From: Eledone cirrhosa | Taxonomy: Eukaryota | Direction of reading: 5' to 3' | DNA length: 64,000 nt | Assembly (NCBI GenBank): GCA_964016885.1 | Contig: OZ024740.1 | Coordinates: forward strand, 224,812,001 to 224,876,000 | Shown: one piece after another, positions 1 through 13,392 of the stretch | Numbering within the stretch: the stretch's first letter is position 1 | How the letters are laid out: the number at the start of each line of letters is the position of its first letter | Notes under the pieces: model-generated | What the model was told of the DNA's origin: nothing | Seen by the model: the letters and a program-made list of their open reading frames with translations, nothing else | Databases searched by the model: none | Program-made: the position numbers and the translations under genes

Positions 1-254
1 ACGGGATAATGGTTACATTTAACATGAACTTCTCAGCTAAATTGCTATACTCATACATATGTGCATGCAGAAGCACACTCATTTACATGCATGCATGCAT
101 CCATTTTTTAAATATTGGTTTCCTTTGAACAGGCATACATAAGTGTGTATATTCTTAGAGAGAGCGGAAATGGAGTGTTTTGATGTTCACACCTTTCCTA
201 AGAGAATAGTGGCATAAGTGATATTGAATGGCTTTTGCTGACAATCTGACAATA

Positions 255-400
255 TATAAATATATATATATATGATATGGGTGGGTGTGTGCGTATATGT
301 ATATATAATATATAGGTGTGTGTGTGTATGTATATACAATATATATATGTGTGTATGTGTATGTATATATAATATATATATGTTTGTGTGTGTGTATACT
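255..400. repeat. (TA)n/(TG)n compound microsatellite
   Basis: Alternating TA/TG runs; they explain the YIYI/HTHT ORFs at 155-500. Confidence 0.9.
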
Positions 401-1019
401 GTCACAGATATGGTTGAATAGGATCTTAATTCTGGCTCTACACTCAGTGAGCACTATACAAAAGCTTAGAATAGTGAATTCCTGCTTATGCATAAGGTGA
501 AATTAAAGCTTTTAGTACAGTAATATAATTTATTTTGCCAATCATGGGGGAATTAAATGTTTTCAAATAGATTTCACAGATATATTCAACATGTCATCTC
601 CCACAGTGGCTTGCAGAGTCTAATATCAACAAGAAGATATTATAAGTAGTTGAACTGTAGTACAGGCCAAAAACTACAAATAACACTGAGCTATACATAT
701 CGATATTGTATATTTGCTATATATTGCAATAGATGTTTATTATTCTGATAGGATTAACAAGGAAAAAAAACTCAATATCACTTGAACTTATCAATGACTG
801 CCTTCCTTTCTTTTACTTGTGCAGACAGGAATATATCTGTGTGTTTGTATAAATACATAACACACACACACACACACATACATACACACACACATCATAT
901 ATATATATATCATTAAACACAAAATAGTCCTAATTAGTACAATGGTTACAATTACATCAGCATACACACCTAGATCTAGGTGAACTTAAAGATAGATTTT
1001 AGCGCAAGAAATGGAGAAG

Positions 1020-2790
1020 ATTTCAGACTCCTAGAATTCTGTGATGACAATGTCCTATCGATAAGTAATACAGACTTTAAAAAAACCCAACAACCACCTG
1101 ATCACCTATACATCAGGTGAACAGATAGATGTTATCTTTACCAGGAGACGAGATAGGTTTACATTGGTAAACACAAAATCCTTCTCTAGTAAGGAATGCA
1201 TCTCCCAACATAATCTAGTAGTTAGCAACCTCATTGTCAGAGCTAGAGAAAGTTGGAAACAGAAGGCAAACTGGAGCAGAAGGATATGGACTTGAATGTG
1301 TCATCAGCCTATAACAAGTTAAGAGAGATTCTGCTTGATGCCTATGACAGTAAAGAAGAACAGATAGATACATTCAACATAGAAAAGCAATGGGAGTTCC
1401 TGAAAGATAATCTGCTGAAGGTGGTATGAAATTTGTGAATGAAGCAGGGCTACAGAAGAAGGAGAGTGACTTGGTGGTGGAACAATAAGATAGATGAGAC
1501 TAGAAGGCCAAAAGCCAGGTATGGAAAAAATTGAAGAATGGGTGAAGCAGGGTGCACGACATAGTGATCAGGAAGGAAGCTAGGCAACAAGTATACTCTG
1601 CAGTGAGCAAGGGAGAAGATAAAAAATTCAAGCATGTTTAGCAGAAACAGGAGTTCAGGTTTGCAGGTCAGTGTGTTAGAGAAAATTATGATGTCATTGT
1701 AGAGAAATGTTTTCATAATGATAAAGTCGCACTTGCCATCACAGAAGCAGAAAATAATGTAGCATGGAAGAGCCATTATGAAAAATTGCCGAATGAGAAG
1801 AATGCATGGGAGAAGAAGAGCCTACCTCAACCAGATCCCCAGAGGGCTCAGCCTTACAAGTCAGCAACATTGTAGTAAGGCAATTAAGGATATGAAGAAT
1901 GGGAAAGGAGCTGTTCCATCAGGGATTGTTGCTAAGATACTGAAAGCATCTGGGTCAGTAGATAACACCTTAACCATACGTAATTCTAAATGGTGTCATA
2001 CCAAATGATTGGCACAGCAGTATCATTGTCAACTGCTACAATGAAAGAGGTGATGCACTTGATAGAGGAAACTATAGTGACATCAAGTTGATGGACCAGG
2101 TCATGAAAGTAACAGAAACAGCCTTAGTGCAGCTCATTAGGGACAAGGTTAATCTAGATGAGATGCAGTTCAGATTTGTGACAGGTAAAGCCCCATAGGT
2201 GCTTTACCTGGTGAAGAAGCTTCAGAAGTACCTGGAAAAAGTAAGCCACTGTATCTGGCATTTGTTGATTTGGAAAAACCTTTTCATAACCTGGGAGCAC
2301 AACCTTGGAGCACAACCTTGAAACAAAGGGCCTTAAAGTCAACCTGACAAAAACTAAGGCCCTAGTAAGAAAGAAAAAACAGAACCCTGATTGCCTTGGG
2401 AAATTGGCCTTGCTCGGTGTGTAGGAAAGGTGTAGGTAGAAATTCCATCCTCTGTCCCAAATGCAAACTATGGGTACAGATGAGATGTAGTGGGATTTCA
2501 GGTATTTTACCTAAGAATGTAGATTTTACATGTAGCCTTTGCACCAGAGCAGTAAGCAGCAAATGATCAAAGGGAACAGGCACTATCAACATTTGGGAAG
2601 GTTTGGTAGAAGTAGACAGCTTCTGCTACCTGGGTGACCAAATTAGCAGTGTAAGTGAGTGTTCTGAAAGTACAGTAGCCAGAGTGAGAACATGATGGAA
2701 GAAGTTCAGGGTGCTACTACCTCAGCTAGCTACAAAGGCTTTTCCCTCAAAATGAAAAGCAGACTGTATGATGAGTGGTTGATGGAAGCC
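1020..2790 (+). mobile_element. Degenerate RTE-clade LINE (APE C-terminus, partial RT, PHD-like finger); many stops and an internal RT deletion
   Basis: Translates to fragments such as KNGKGAVPSGIVAKILKASG, DRGNYSDIKLMDQVMKV, AFVDLEK, KGLKVNLTKTK and WPCSVCRKGVGRNSILC; homologous to the copy at 39.7-42.9 kb. Confidence 0.85.
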
Positions 2791-2859
2791 AAGGAGTGGG
2801 ATGACCCAGGAAGAATTGGGATAAAGTGATAAGAGCTTTCATTGCACAATTGGCTCTCT

Positions 2860-3393
2860 CAAAGGAGATAACACAAAACTGGAATCTCTGGCGTTATGCA
2901 GTAATACAGGAGACCAATCTTCCCAAGAGTACAGGCTGAAGTATACATATCATATTCACCTCCACCCCCTCCTATACACCTCCCATGAGCCCAGGCCAAA
3001 GCATACTTATTGTATGCATCACCTTCACATCCATCCCATCTTCCACACACCTCCCATGCCCTAACACTCTACATCTCACACAACCCCATACACCCACCTC
3101 CCTAATCCCCACACACTCTTCCCACCAAAGCCTGAAGGCCACACTGATAGCAACATGACAAAAAGCACTCAGCCCACACTGTAAATTGCCCATATATGTG
3201 ACGACAAAAAAACACTCATTACTTGCTGTAAATCTGGTTGGCATTAGGAAGGGCATCCAGCCATAAAAACTGAGCCAAAATTGGTTCTGTATGAACAAGA
3301 CATGGTCATCTGGCCTCAACTTTTCTCAAATGGGATAACCCGCCTACCACATGCTAGCATGGAAAATGAACATAAAACGGTGATGATGATGAT
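2860..3393 (+). mobile_element. RTE 3' end: ORF terminus, aaaagcac repeats, ggcattaggaagggcatccagc motif and (GAT)n tail
   Basis: Same architecture as 36360-36955 and 63440-63771; ends ccacatgctagcatggaaaatgaacataaaacggtgatgatgatg. Confidence 0.7.
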
Positions 3394-4736
3394 ATATAAA
3401 TAAACAAGAGACATAACACCTAAATAGTTTTTATTTCAAGATGCTCTCCATTTCTCAGTTAATAATATGTTTTTATTTTCCTTTTCTACGATGATTGTAG
3501 AATGCAAAGTTTTTGTAAAGAACATGCTATAAAATAGAATTCTTATAATCAGAATTCTAGGAAAAACTACCTTTCATTTAGATAAGCTAGTCTGAGAATA
3601 GTCAGAGACACATCTCTGCAGTAACTGCAAAGATGCCTCCATAATACAATTATTTTACAACAACCATTATGGGTGCAGTTATAAAGAGCTTAGCTTCTGT
3701 GTTTCATCAAGCAACCAGTCTTCTTAAATGACATGACATTTTCCTAATCTAATCAAAGGATTTATTGCACAAATATATCTAGGAACTTTGGCAATCCATT
3801 AGATTTTCTTAAGCTTGACTTGCTATGCTGTTCCCTAAACAAATTTTATTTGCTTGTCATTCTATATAGGCTACTGATATTCAGCTCATAATTGACCACA
3901 TGTTACCGCTCTGTGGATTACTTTCACCTTTATTTTCTCCAAAATATACATATATCTTATTACAAAAATGGCTTATCCTTACTAGCCATAGTTAGTTAGG
4001 AAGATGGCTGTATTTCGTTCTTCATCATCACACAAAGAAACATAATTTTCTCTATTGACATGCTCTCTATAGTGTAGGTTACATCATGATAACTGTCAAC
4101 ACTTTCTCTTCTGGACAGCACAACTCTCAATCACCAGTAAGTATAAATTACAAAAAAAAAAAAAAAAAAAGGAAACTAGGGTACATATGTCTGTCAGGGT
4201 GAGTGGATTTACTGGTCAATGTAAAGTGAAATGAGCAGCATGTAGTAGTGGATATATGTATTGTTAGGAATGACACAGGCAATATTAAAATGTATGCCTT
4301 TGTGCATCCTACATCTCTTAATCTTTCTTGCCTCCCAAACTGCAACTGATCTTCCTTTCGTCCACTTCTCAACAATGAGGGTTCTGTCAGCCACATTCCC
4401 ACAGGGAACCTTCCCATTTTCCCACCTGTTTTGCATCCAACTACACACTTTCAATTTAGCTTGACTCATCACTCTGCACACATATGCAGAAAATGCAAAA
4501 ATTAGCTCCAGTTAAATGACAAACTATAAATGACAGAAGTGCTGATAATGTCATTTCCAATATTCCCAAACTCTGCTCACCAGAGCAAATCCCTATTGTT
4601 AACAAACTTCTCAATTTTCCTCTCTTTCCATACAGCAATATATCCTTACACTATAGTGCATCACGTTCCAATGGTCAACTTCTTTGACCTACAGATCATA
4701 AGACAGCCATTATCAACAATCTTCTCCAACAACTTG

Positions 4737-4738
<2 letters not shown>

Positions 4739-4820
<82 letters not shown>
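4739..4820. repeat. (TC)n microsatellite
   Basis: About 41 perfect TC units. Confidence 0.97.
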
Positions 4821-4826
<6 letters not shown>

Positions 4827-5174
4827 TCTCTTATTCTTTTAAATAACCTCTGGTGGGGCTTTTGTGCAGCCATATCTACAGGATATCAAATCTCTTACGA
4901 AATAGAATTCTTGGGCGTTCACATTCTTGAAAAATTTTGTGAAAGTAGTGTTCTTGCTCTTCACACCAGAACAGCTCTTGACTGCATCTAATGCCCCAAT
5001 AAAACTGCCTGTTTAAGAACTCCATCTAAGTTTTGTCTCTTGGGTTGGAGGCTTCCTGTCAGATCACATTATCTTAGTGAATGCTAATCTGTATCTCTCT
5101 GATGTACACTGTCAAATCTGATGTGCTTCAGAGTAGATTTTTACCTTCATACTCTTCCTCCAATATGGGCTTCT

Positions 5175-5310
5175 CACAGGCTCTATCTACCAAATTCCCT
5201 CACACAACATTGGCCTGTCTAATGCTATGAGAGAACAGACCTGCCCAGCATGACATGCAGAGGAATAGAACCCAAGAATACTTGGTTGTGAAACAAACTT
5301 CTTAACCAAA
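5175..5310 (-). mobile_element. Degenerate tRNA-derived SINE (family also at ~32930, 38390, 39010, 51575, 53115, 56880, 63290)
   Basis: Reverse complement reads ggttaagaagtttgtttcacaacca...gggttctattcc...gaatttggtagatag; motif shared with the other copies. Confidence 0.6.
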
Positions 5311-6719
5311 TAATCACACAGTTCTATTTGTATTAAATTGACCTGGCAATTCATCATTATGGTCTTCCAGCTAGTTTCAACTATTGTAACTGATTATATT
5401 CTTTGAAGAAATATTATTGAGGAATAAGATAATAACTAATCATACTTTTTATCTATATTGCTATTTTATATGCTATTTAGTATACAAAACTACCAGAAGA
5501 AAAGAACAAAATGAAATATAATATTATTAGACAATGGTGACAGCTTGTGCGAAATACTATTAAAAATATTATAGTGCATTATAATCTGTGAATATTGATA
5601 AATATTTTAAAGACAATCTTGCAGAACTATATTGTAATGTGTAAGATATAAAAGAAATGAAAGGGAAACCCCACAGACAGTATGGAGATTATTTTCATTT
5701 AGATTTATTACTAGATAAATTCTTTAGCTATTAGAGTCAACTAAATCAACAGATTGTGCGTAACATAATGGTTTATCAATTCCTTTTTCAAAAACTTGAA
5801 ACATTTTCTTGAAGGCTATTATTATTAGTGTATTTTCCTTTTACTGGTAATAAAGAGGGCAAAATATTAGATGCATATTAAATGTTAACGCTTTCATTAC
5901 CATATTTCTAATGAAGGACACTGCCAATAGTTTTCAAATAATTTTGAAAATAATATATTATTTGAAGTGATTTAGTCTTACAACAAACATTCTCCTTATA
6001 AATCTAGTGTTTGGAACATACTTCAACAAGGGTTCTGACACAGAATTTTAATGGAATCTTTTTAGATAAATATAAATACTTTATAATAAACAGTTATGAA
6101 TCATAGAAATAGGGGCAGTTATAGACAGTTGATATCAACAGGGTTACTGGTTTGGTCAGTGGAGGAAGAGAAGTAGCTCTGACCCTTTTGAAAGTCTTTA
6201 GAACTGGTAAGAAGATGGGAAGAAGTTACCCTAACTTAGAGACAGTGCCTGAAATCATGCAAAAAGGGTCTAGGTGATGGCTTTAAACCCAAGAACAGAT
6301 GAAGTCTGCTAACGGTCCACTTAGAGTGCTTAGTACTTCTTTGCACAAATGACATCCTCCACACACATTAAATGTGTTTACCAGTGCAGTATTCATTCTT
6401 GTATTACATACTACATTTGGTTCCCTTGATAATCTATTGGTAATGGGTTCAACGGGCTGTACCAGTAGTTTAAACCAAGCTGGTATATAGGTGTCATTCT
6501 CATTTCATGATACATTGCTTTTATAAGTATACTTTAGTAAAATATATGCTTGCAGAACATATGTAGAGACGAAAGAGTGTATAGCTGTGCAGAGATGACA
6601 ACAAAACATAGAAATTATATTTACAACATTTACAAATATTTATTTCTACACTTTTTTATAGTGGTGGAAGATATATTGTATATAATACGAAACCTTGATA
6701 TTATATATATTATATATAT

Positions 6720-6890
6720 ACTGTAAACGTGGTTGGTGTTAGGAAGGGCATCCGGCCATAGAAAACCCGCCAGACAGCCTATACAAGCAAGACAACCAAT
6801 CTTGTCTCAAGTGGGAAAACTCCCGTCCAAACCCATGCAAGCATGAAAGATGGACGTTAAACGATGATGATGATGATGATGATGATGATG
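6720..6890 (+). mobile_element. Short bipartite RTE-derived element (RTE 5' motif + RTE 3' tail)
   Basis: ggttggtgttaggaagggcatccggccatagaaa ... cccatgcaagcatgaaagatggacgttaaacgatgatgatg. Confidence 0.75.
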
Positions 6891-7279
6891 TTCTGTAAAC
6901 CTCAAGCCTGGCTGAGAGGTCAGTGATCCTGCTTCAGTACAGATGTGGTCTGTGAAAACTTGTCTAACTCTTGCTAGCAGGGAAGGTGGACGTCAACTTT
7001 TAACCATCATCATATTAAGTGGACCAACATTCTGGAGAGGAAGTTATGAACATAGTAGCTAGTGTTGGAATGGGGATGGAGGGGACACAATATGTATGAT
7101 GAGAGGAGGAGAGAATGCAAGTGGGGGTGACATGAGAACAGCTATCTCTAAGAAACAAAAGCCACAATTGTAATAATAGAAAATACAGAGAGAGAGTAGA
7201 TACTATGTCTGTGGATCTGGAATTAGAATGTGTTGGGGAGTAACATCATAATAATAAGTTGAGTAGGATTACTTTAGTT

Positions 7280-7495
7280 ATGGTTTGAAATGTCTGTCGT
7301 ACTACAGCAACACTGTTCCATATATAAAAACCATAATCTATTATCAGGCTTCCCTATGTTTTGAAGAGGGCTAATACTTGTTGGGAATGAAATGTCCATA
7401 TTTGAAAAATAAGTCATACTTTGTAATGCAATGTTGGCTATGTTGAGCATGTGCAATTGCCTGGAGAAATCCTGAGTGATGGAAAGACCAAAGAA
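7280..7495 (-). mobile_element. Degenerate CR1/L2/Jockey-like RT C-terminal fragment
   Basis: Minus strand reads LGLSITQDFSRQLHMLNIANIA, resembling the LG-x-I-xx-DLSW-xxHI motif. Confidence 0.4.
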
Positions 7496-7613
7496 TACAC
7501 AAATTTATGAAAATACATTGTAAATATTACCAATGGATATTAATACTAGATCATTTTGAATTACTCAGTTAAAATTAATAATTTAAATAAGCAGACATGA
7601 ATATGGAGATACG

Positions 7614-7697
7614 TTTTGAGACCTGGCAGATCTGTTTATCCATGCACATGTATTGTTTTGAGACCTGGCAGATCTGTTTATCCATGCACATGTATTG
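7614..7697. repeat. Perfect 42-bp tandem duplication
   Basis: ttttgagacctggcagatctgtttatccatgcacatgtattg occurs twice (7614-7655, 7656-7697). Confidence 0.95.
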
Positions 7698-10394
7698 CAT
7701 TAAGACTAGCTGAATAGAACATTTCTTCAATACCAGTGTTATTGTCATAAGAGGTGAAGAATATTTCAAAATATGACTAATTACTTCAAAATAGCTTCTT
7801 CTTGTAAGTCATACACTCATTCATATTTTCAATGTTTATAAAAAACTATACCAAAGCTAGATTAGTCCATGTAAAAAATACAATCGATGTGTAATTTGAA
7901 AAGAAGTACTGTGCCTGTCATGGCCAATAATTAGTCTGCATGACTTCTACATAGTCATTGGTAAAGGAGCTTGAATAGTAAAATTCTTGCTTTACTGAAA
8001 ACATGACTGCCTGGGGCTCAGTTTGTAGAGAATTTCAGGAAAATTACAAGTCTGTAGAGAAGCTAGAACTTTCAAGGCTGAGACTCCAGAGAAGTTCATT
8101 CTATAGAAATGCCATAAGAATCAAGGTATGGCTCAAGATACAAAGTAGGATAGACAGAGCCATCACGGTGGTAGCTCAGCTCTGGTGAAAATATACATTT
8201 GTAAAGAAAATTATGTGACCTTCCTAATTACAACATGACAGTCAATAGTATCAGTTTGTATAAGAGCATCAGTTTGTATAAAAGTCAGAGCCATCTAGCC
8301 AAGGCTCTCGGAAAAAAAATAACAGTCTATAGAAGAGTGTAAACGTAAATTGATTTTTGCTTTTCTGATAAATCGGCATCTGGAATAATCCAATTTTCTA
8401 GTTCAGTCCATTACATACATAATCTGAAGTTTTGTAGCAGAATATTCAGTCGAGAATATGGATGGTTTGAATCCATGAAGCAAAAAGGTATCAACAACAA
8501 TTTTAATTCTAACCAAAATACTATATCCTTTTTTAACAATTATAGACAGTGGCTGGCACTGTCTACAATTGGATGATGCAATGCTGCTACTGATTTCTTC
8601 CATCATGAAGTAGATGTATGTCATTGTTGGTGTTCAGTTAAATATATCACATCGAATATGTTGGTGCAAGTTCATATTGTTCACACTGAATAAATGTAGT
8701 TATCATTTTTTATATAAGAGATTTACTACATATGTATAGATTTGAAAATTTTCAGATCTACATGAATAATATTAGATAGGAAAAATAAATGAGATAGCAC
8801 AAAAACAAATTAAATAAAAGAACAGAACAATACTGAAGGCAACTTGAATTTTAAAGTCTCATCCCACTTAAAAGAAAAATATATTAAAATTTTTTTAGCT
8901 ATATATCATATATATTAATGGAATTTTATTTTGTTTTGTGTTTTATATGACATGATGCTTGCACTTTATATATTTCAGCTTTCTTTCTATCCTCCCAAGA
9001 AAGAGACACTATTTTCTTTCTCCTATAATATGTATAGACACCTCTCCATGAAGAATAAATACCACAAGTGTAGAAAGTATTCTGCACTTTATCATCAATA
9101 TAGTTTTGCATTCATCTTTTAGTTTCAACAAGTAACTTTGTATTGTCTTGCAGTGCTTTGAAATATGTTTTATCTACTACTGCACTCAAAGGATCCATTT
9201 GTCTAATTGTTTTGTCTGGTCTCTGAAGAGAAAATATACATTTGTTTATACACAATATTTCGTATAAAGCAGGAAAACTACTTAAGAGGATTTCTTTCTG
9301 TATTTTTCTTTCTTTTTTTTTTTTTCTTATTTTCTCTGGTTGTTACTTACTAAAAGAATTGTTCTTCCTGTGATATGTATATATATATATATATATATAA
9401 ACATATATATAAGCACATACTCATATATACATACAATCATGTATGTGTGTGTAACCAAATTCATCAATTCTAGCTGTGTACATATGAACAGAATGCTCTG
9501 GTGTGTGTGTCTTATCAGTATTTATGGTAGAAAAATAAGATTATATATATATACACACACACACATATATATACATATGTGTGTGTGTATGTATATATAA
9601 TTCATTTTTGTATTCCTAATTCAACAGTATGCACTCGCATAGCCTTCTGATTTTTTCACTCTTAGGATACTTTCTTTGGATTATCAAAAAAGTTAGCAAA
9701 CAAATTATAGATTTATATAACTGTAGCTGCTGTATACTCATCCATTTATTACTATCAACATCTCTTCTCCATGGAGTCCATGAGACATGGCCACTGAAAA
9801 CAAACTGCTGGAAAACAATTTGCTATAGAGACAAACATTCTAGTTCACATTTTGGCAGCTATCTTTACAGAGAAAAGATTAAGGTGATCAATAGCTATTT
9901 TTATCAAATACTGTTGATATCAGCAATAGTATGAAAGTTCCACTCTTTATAAATACATGTTTCATCAATATAAAACTTCAGCTTCAGAAATGTTGGATTC
10001 TTTCTAGAATTGGTTATCTTTGTTTCATTTGCATTGATTCCCTCCAAATTATCAGCTATTATTTTGAATGTTAATATATATAGGCCATACATCAATTCAG
10101 TACTATGATATATTTTATTCTTTAACTGGTTTCAGCCATTGGACTAGAAATGTGCTGAGGATCTATCTTAATACTTATTTTTGTGAGTGTTTTTCTTATT
10201 GTATCGATATATATATCGAATCACTATATTATGGGGGAAAAAAGCATCAGTTGTTTACTGCAATCAACATAAACACAGACAGATGCACTCATAAAATATA
10301 TATAGTAGTACTGATGCTCACTTTACAGTGTTAGTGCTGGTGCCATGATAATATAGTCGAGAAGATTACAGTCTTGTGATGAGTTGCGGCAGGG

Positions 10395-10630
10395 AATAAT
10401 TCAGGTGACCAGTGTATGGCACGTTGGCAAAGAGCCAGGCCTGGGTGATCCTGGCCATGTGGGTGGGGGCAGTATCCTGCTGAAAGATGTTGGGCATCCC
10501 ATTATCTTGACGTGCTTGTTCAGAAGCCTCACATAGCCATTGGTACTAAACCAGAGACTGTCAGGCATGAAGAATGGCTCCATGATGTCCCCCTCGCTGC
10601 TAACGACATTAAGCACCTTGACATGGTCCA
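10395..10630 (-). mobile_element. Tc1/mariner transposase fragment (DDD catalytic region)
   Basis: VKVLNVVSSEGDIMEPFFMPDSLWFSTNGYVRLLNKHVK then, after a frameshift, FQQDTAPTHMARITQAWL. Confidence 0.75.
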
Positions 10631-11884
10631 TATAATTGTCGCCTGAGGCCTCATATGCATTTGTAAGGTCATAAACCATTAAATGTTTTCCTTGGCTTTG
10701 TGGCCAGCATGGATTTCTCTACAACAACAGTAAGACGATCATAATACATCAATGACCAGACAGCTACTGTATAGTACTTTCTAATAGTGCTCTTGAAACC
10801 TCTATACACTGTAACGTCACAGCATTGTTTACATGTAAAAATTCAAAATTGATCTGCACCACACACACTCTCTCTCTCTCTCTCTCTCTCTCTCCCCCCC
10901 TCTCTCTCTATATATATATATATATATAGCAAGCAGGGAAAAAGCGGACATAAAATGATGAAATATATATATATATATTGTGTGTGTGTGTATTAAAATA
11001 TTCAAAGAATGATATATAAAGCTAGATACCATAAAGCAGTGTACCTAGTCGGAAGATTCATAGTGGTAATAAAACTTTAAATTAAAATGTGATGCTCATT
11101 GACAGGACAGATATTTTAAGATAATCCCTCCAAGTTAACTGTTGTTTAGTCCTTGATACATGATGAAGCTGATATATACTCAAGTACATTACAACTGTGA
11201 ATGCTCCATTTTTGTTATGTACATATGCAGCTACATTTTTTAATGTCTTCTTTCGTGTATTATGATGACAGACAGAAAGAAAGAAAGATTTTATGAATAT
11301 TTTACTATTTTTAACAGATCAACTAACTCATTCGCTCATCCAAAGATTAAATGTTATTTGTTAGGAGATTAATTAAAGTCAAGAAATAATATCCTAATCC
11401 AGTAATTATCAATTTTACATGTTATTTTATTAGAACCATTCTAGGAGGGTATATAGAAGCTCCTCTTGTCTTTTGTTTTTACCAGAATCAGTAATTTAGA
11501 AAATGATTACTCTTATCCTTAGTTTGAATTAAAATATCTTGATTGACTATATATAGCATGCGTGTGTTCATTCTATATAATAATAATGAAAATTATTGTG
11601 CACAGTGCTTAGGTGCACTATAAGCTTTCATGCAGCATACATGCCAGGGTATTTCTCCCAGGTTAAGTCCAAGACTCTGTTACTGTTTGAGCTGAGTTTT
11701 AATTTCTAGAATGTTGATTTTACTTTTTCACATCTTTGGGAATAATAAAATACTTTGTTGTCATGATTGATGTAGATAGGATCAGCTATGCTCCATCCTG
11801 CCTTCTTAGGTGTTGCCTTGTGCTGTTCGAAGTTATATGTACACATACACACACACATATATATTTATATATATATATGAAAGC

Positions 11885-12318
11885 TTAGTGGTTAGAGCAT
11901 TGGGCTTGCAATCGAAAGGTTGTGAGTTCATTTCTCGGACCTGATGATGTGTTGTTTCCTTGAGGAAAACTCTTTATTTCACTTTGCTCCATTTTACTCA
12001 GCTGTAGAAATGAGATGATAGGGCTGGGGTCCCTATCATTCCACTGCAAAGTGGTCGTGGAGGTGCCACGGCAAAAAAGCACCCAGCCCACACTGTAATG
12101 TGGTTGTGTAGGCGCCATGGAAAAAAAGCACCCAGCACTCACTGTAAATGAAGTTGGTGTTAGGAAGGGCATCCAGCTGTAGAAATCAAGCCAGAATCAG
12201 TTTCCATATGAGCAATACAAGGCCAGCCGACTGGACACTGCCCACAACAGCACAACACGTCTAACCCATGCTAGCATGGCAGAATGGACGTAAAACGGTG
12301 ATGATGATGATGATGATA
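11885..12318 (+). mobile_element. tRNA-headed SINE with RTE-derived middle and RTE 3' tail
   Basis: A-box-like agtggttagagc and B-box-like gtgagttcatttc; ggtgttaggaagggcatccagc; (GAT)n tail; near-identical to 34367-34630. Confidence 0.85.
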
Positions 12319-12683
12319 CTGGGAGACTGTGATAGATAAATAACATTTCACATCTTGTAATCTATAATTATTTAGTTACCTCAGAAATAGATAGATAGAC
12401 TGATAGGCAGACAGACAGATATTTGTCAGCAAAGGAAGGAACAATTCCTAAATTAATTTTTTTTAAATAACATGATTTTCATTTGAGGCAATATATTTAA
12501 TCAATATATACTTCTGTTAAAGAACACGAACCTTGAACATGATGACCCGACCAACCATGACATGTGAAATTAATATCCTGCAGAGTTCATGCTTATGTGT
12601 AATTCAAAAATGTAATTTTACTCATACATGTAGACAGATGAATACACAATGATAGATTGTAAGAGTGACAAGGAAAGATGAGA

Positions 12684-12717
12684 AAGATTTTACATATATA
12701 TAAGTTTAGGTAAAATA
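12684..12717 (+). repeat. Left 34-bp target-site duplication of the Penelope-like element
   Basis: aagattttacatatatataagtttaggtaaaata is identical to 18134-18167. Confidence 0.9.
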
Positions 12718-12822
12718 TATAAGATTTTACATACATGTAAAGTTATATTTAAAATTGTTGGGTTACAACTAGTAAATATTTATAACTGATATAAAAGCAC
12801 TCGACAAATATTTGGAGTATAT

Positions 12823-13361
12823 TTACAATATTAAATAAATGGAAAACTATATTTATAAAACCATATTTATTTCATTATATATATTTCGGGGATATCATAT
12901 TAACAATATGCTATGCCTTCATCAGACAAAATACAATATAAACAGTTTTATAGATAAATATATTCGACATACCGTAATAGACATCAACTTCATTTGAAGA
13001 GGTTTACTCTAGCAGTGAAAATACAGAGAGAAAGGAAGAGAGAGAGAAAAGAGGGAAATAAGAAAGAAAGAAAGACAAAACGAAGAAAAGGAAGAAAAAG
13101 AAGAAAAAGAAAAAGAAGAAATGCATGGGACAAAATAGAGAGATGGAAAAATAGATAAAACGAAGAGCGTCATGTAAAGAGACAGAAAGAGATATATATA
13201 TATATAGAGAGAGGAAGATACATATATAAATATAGAAAAATTAGGAAGAGCTTCATGTAAAGAGACAGAAAGAGATATATATATATATATAGAGAGAGGA
13301 AATAGAGATAGATACATATATAAATATAGAAAAATTTTGAGTAAGTGTATCAATGATGCAT

Positions 13362-13392
<31 letters not shown>

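Noticed and set aside
155-500. ORFs rich in YI/HT/VC repeats
   Set aside because: Translations of TA/TG microsatellites
4300-4720. Possible Tx1 C-terminal remnant on the minus strand
   Set aside because: Too decayed; no diagnostic motif could be read
8400-8660. 73-aa ORF or hAT transposase-like LQLDD fragment
   Set aside because: Only one weak motif and stops in all frames; not supportable
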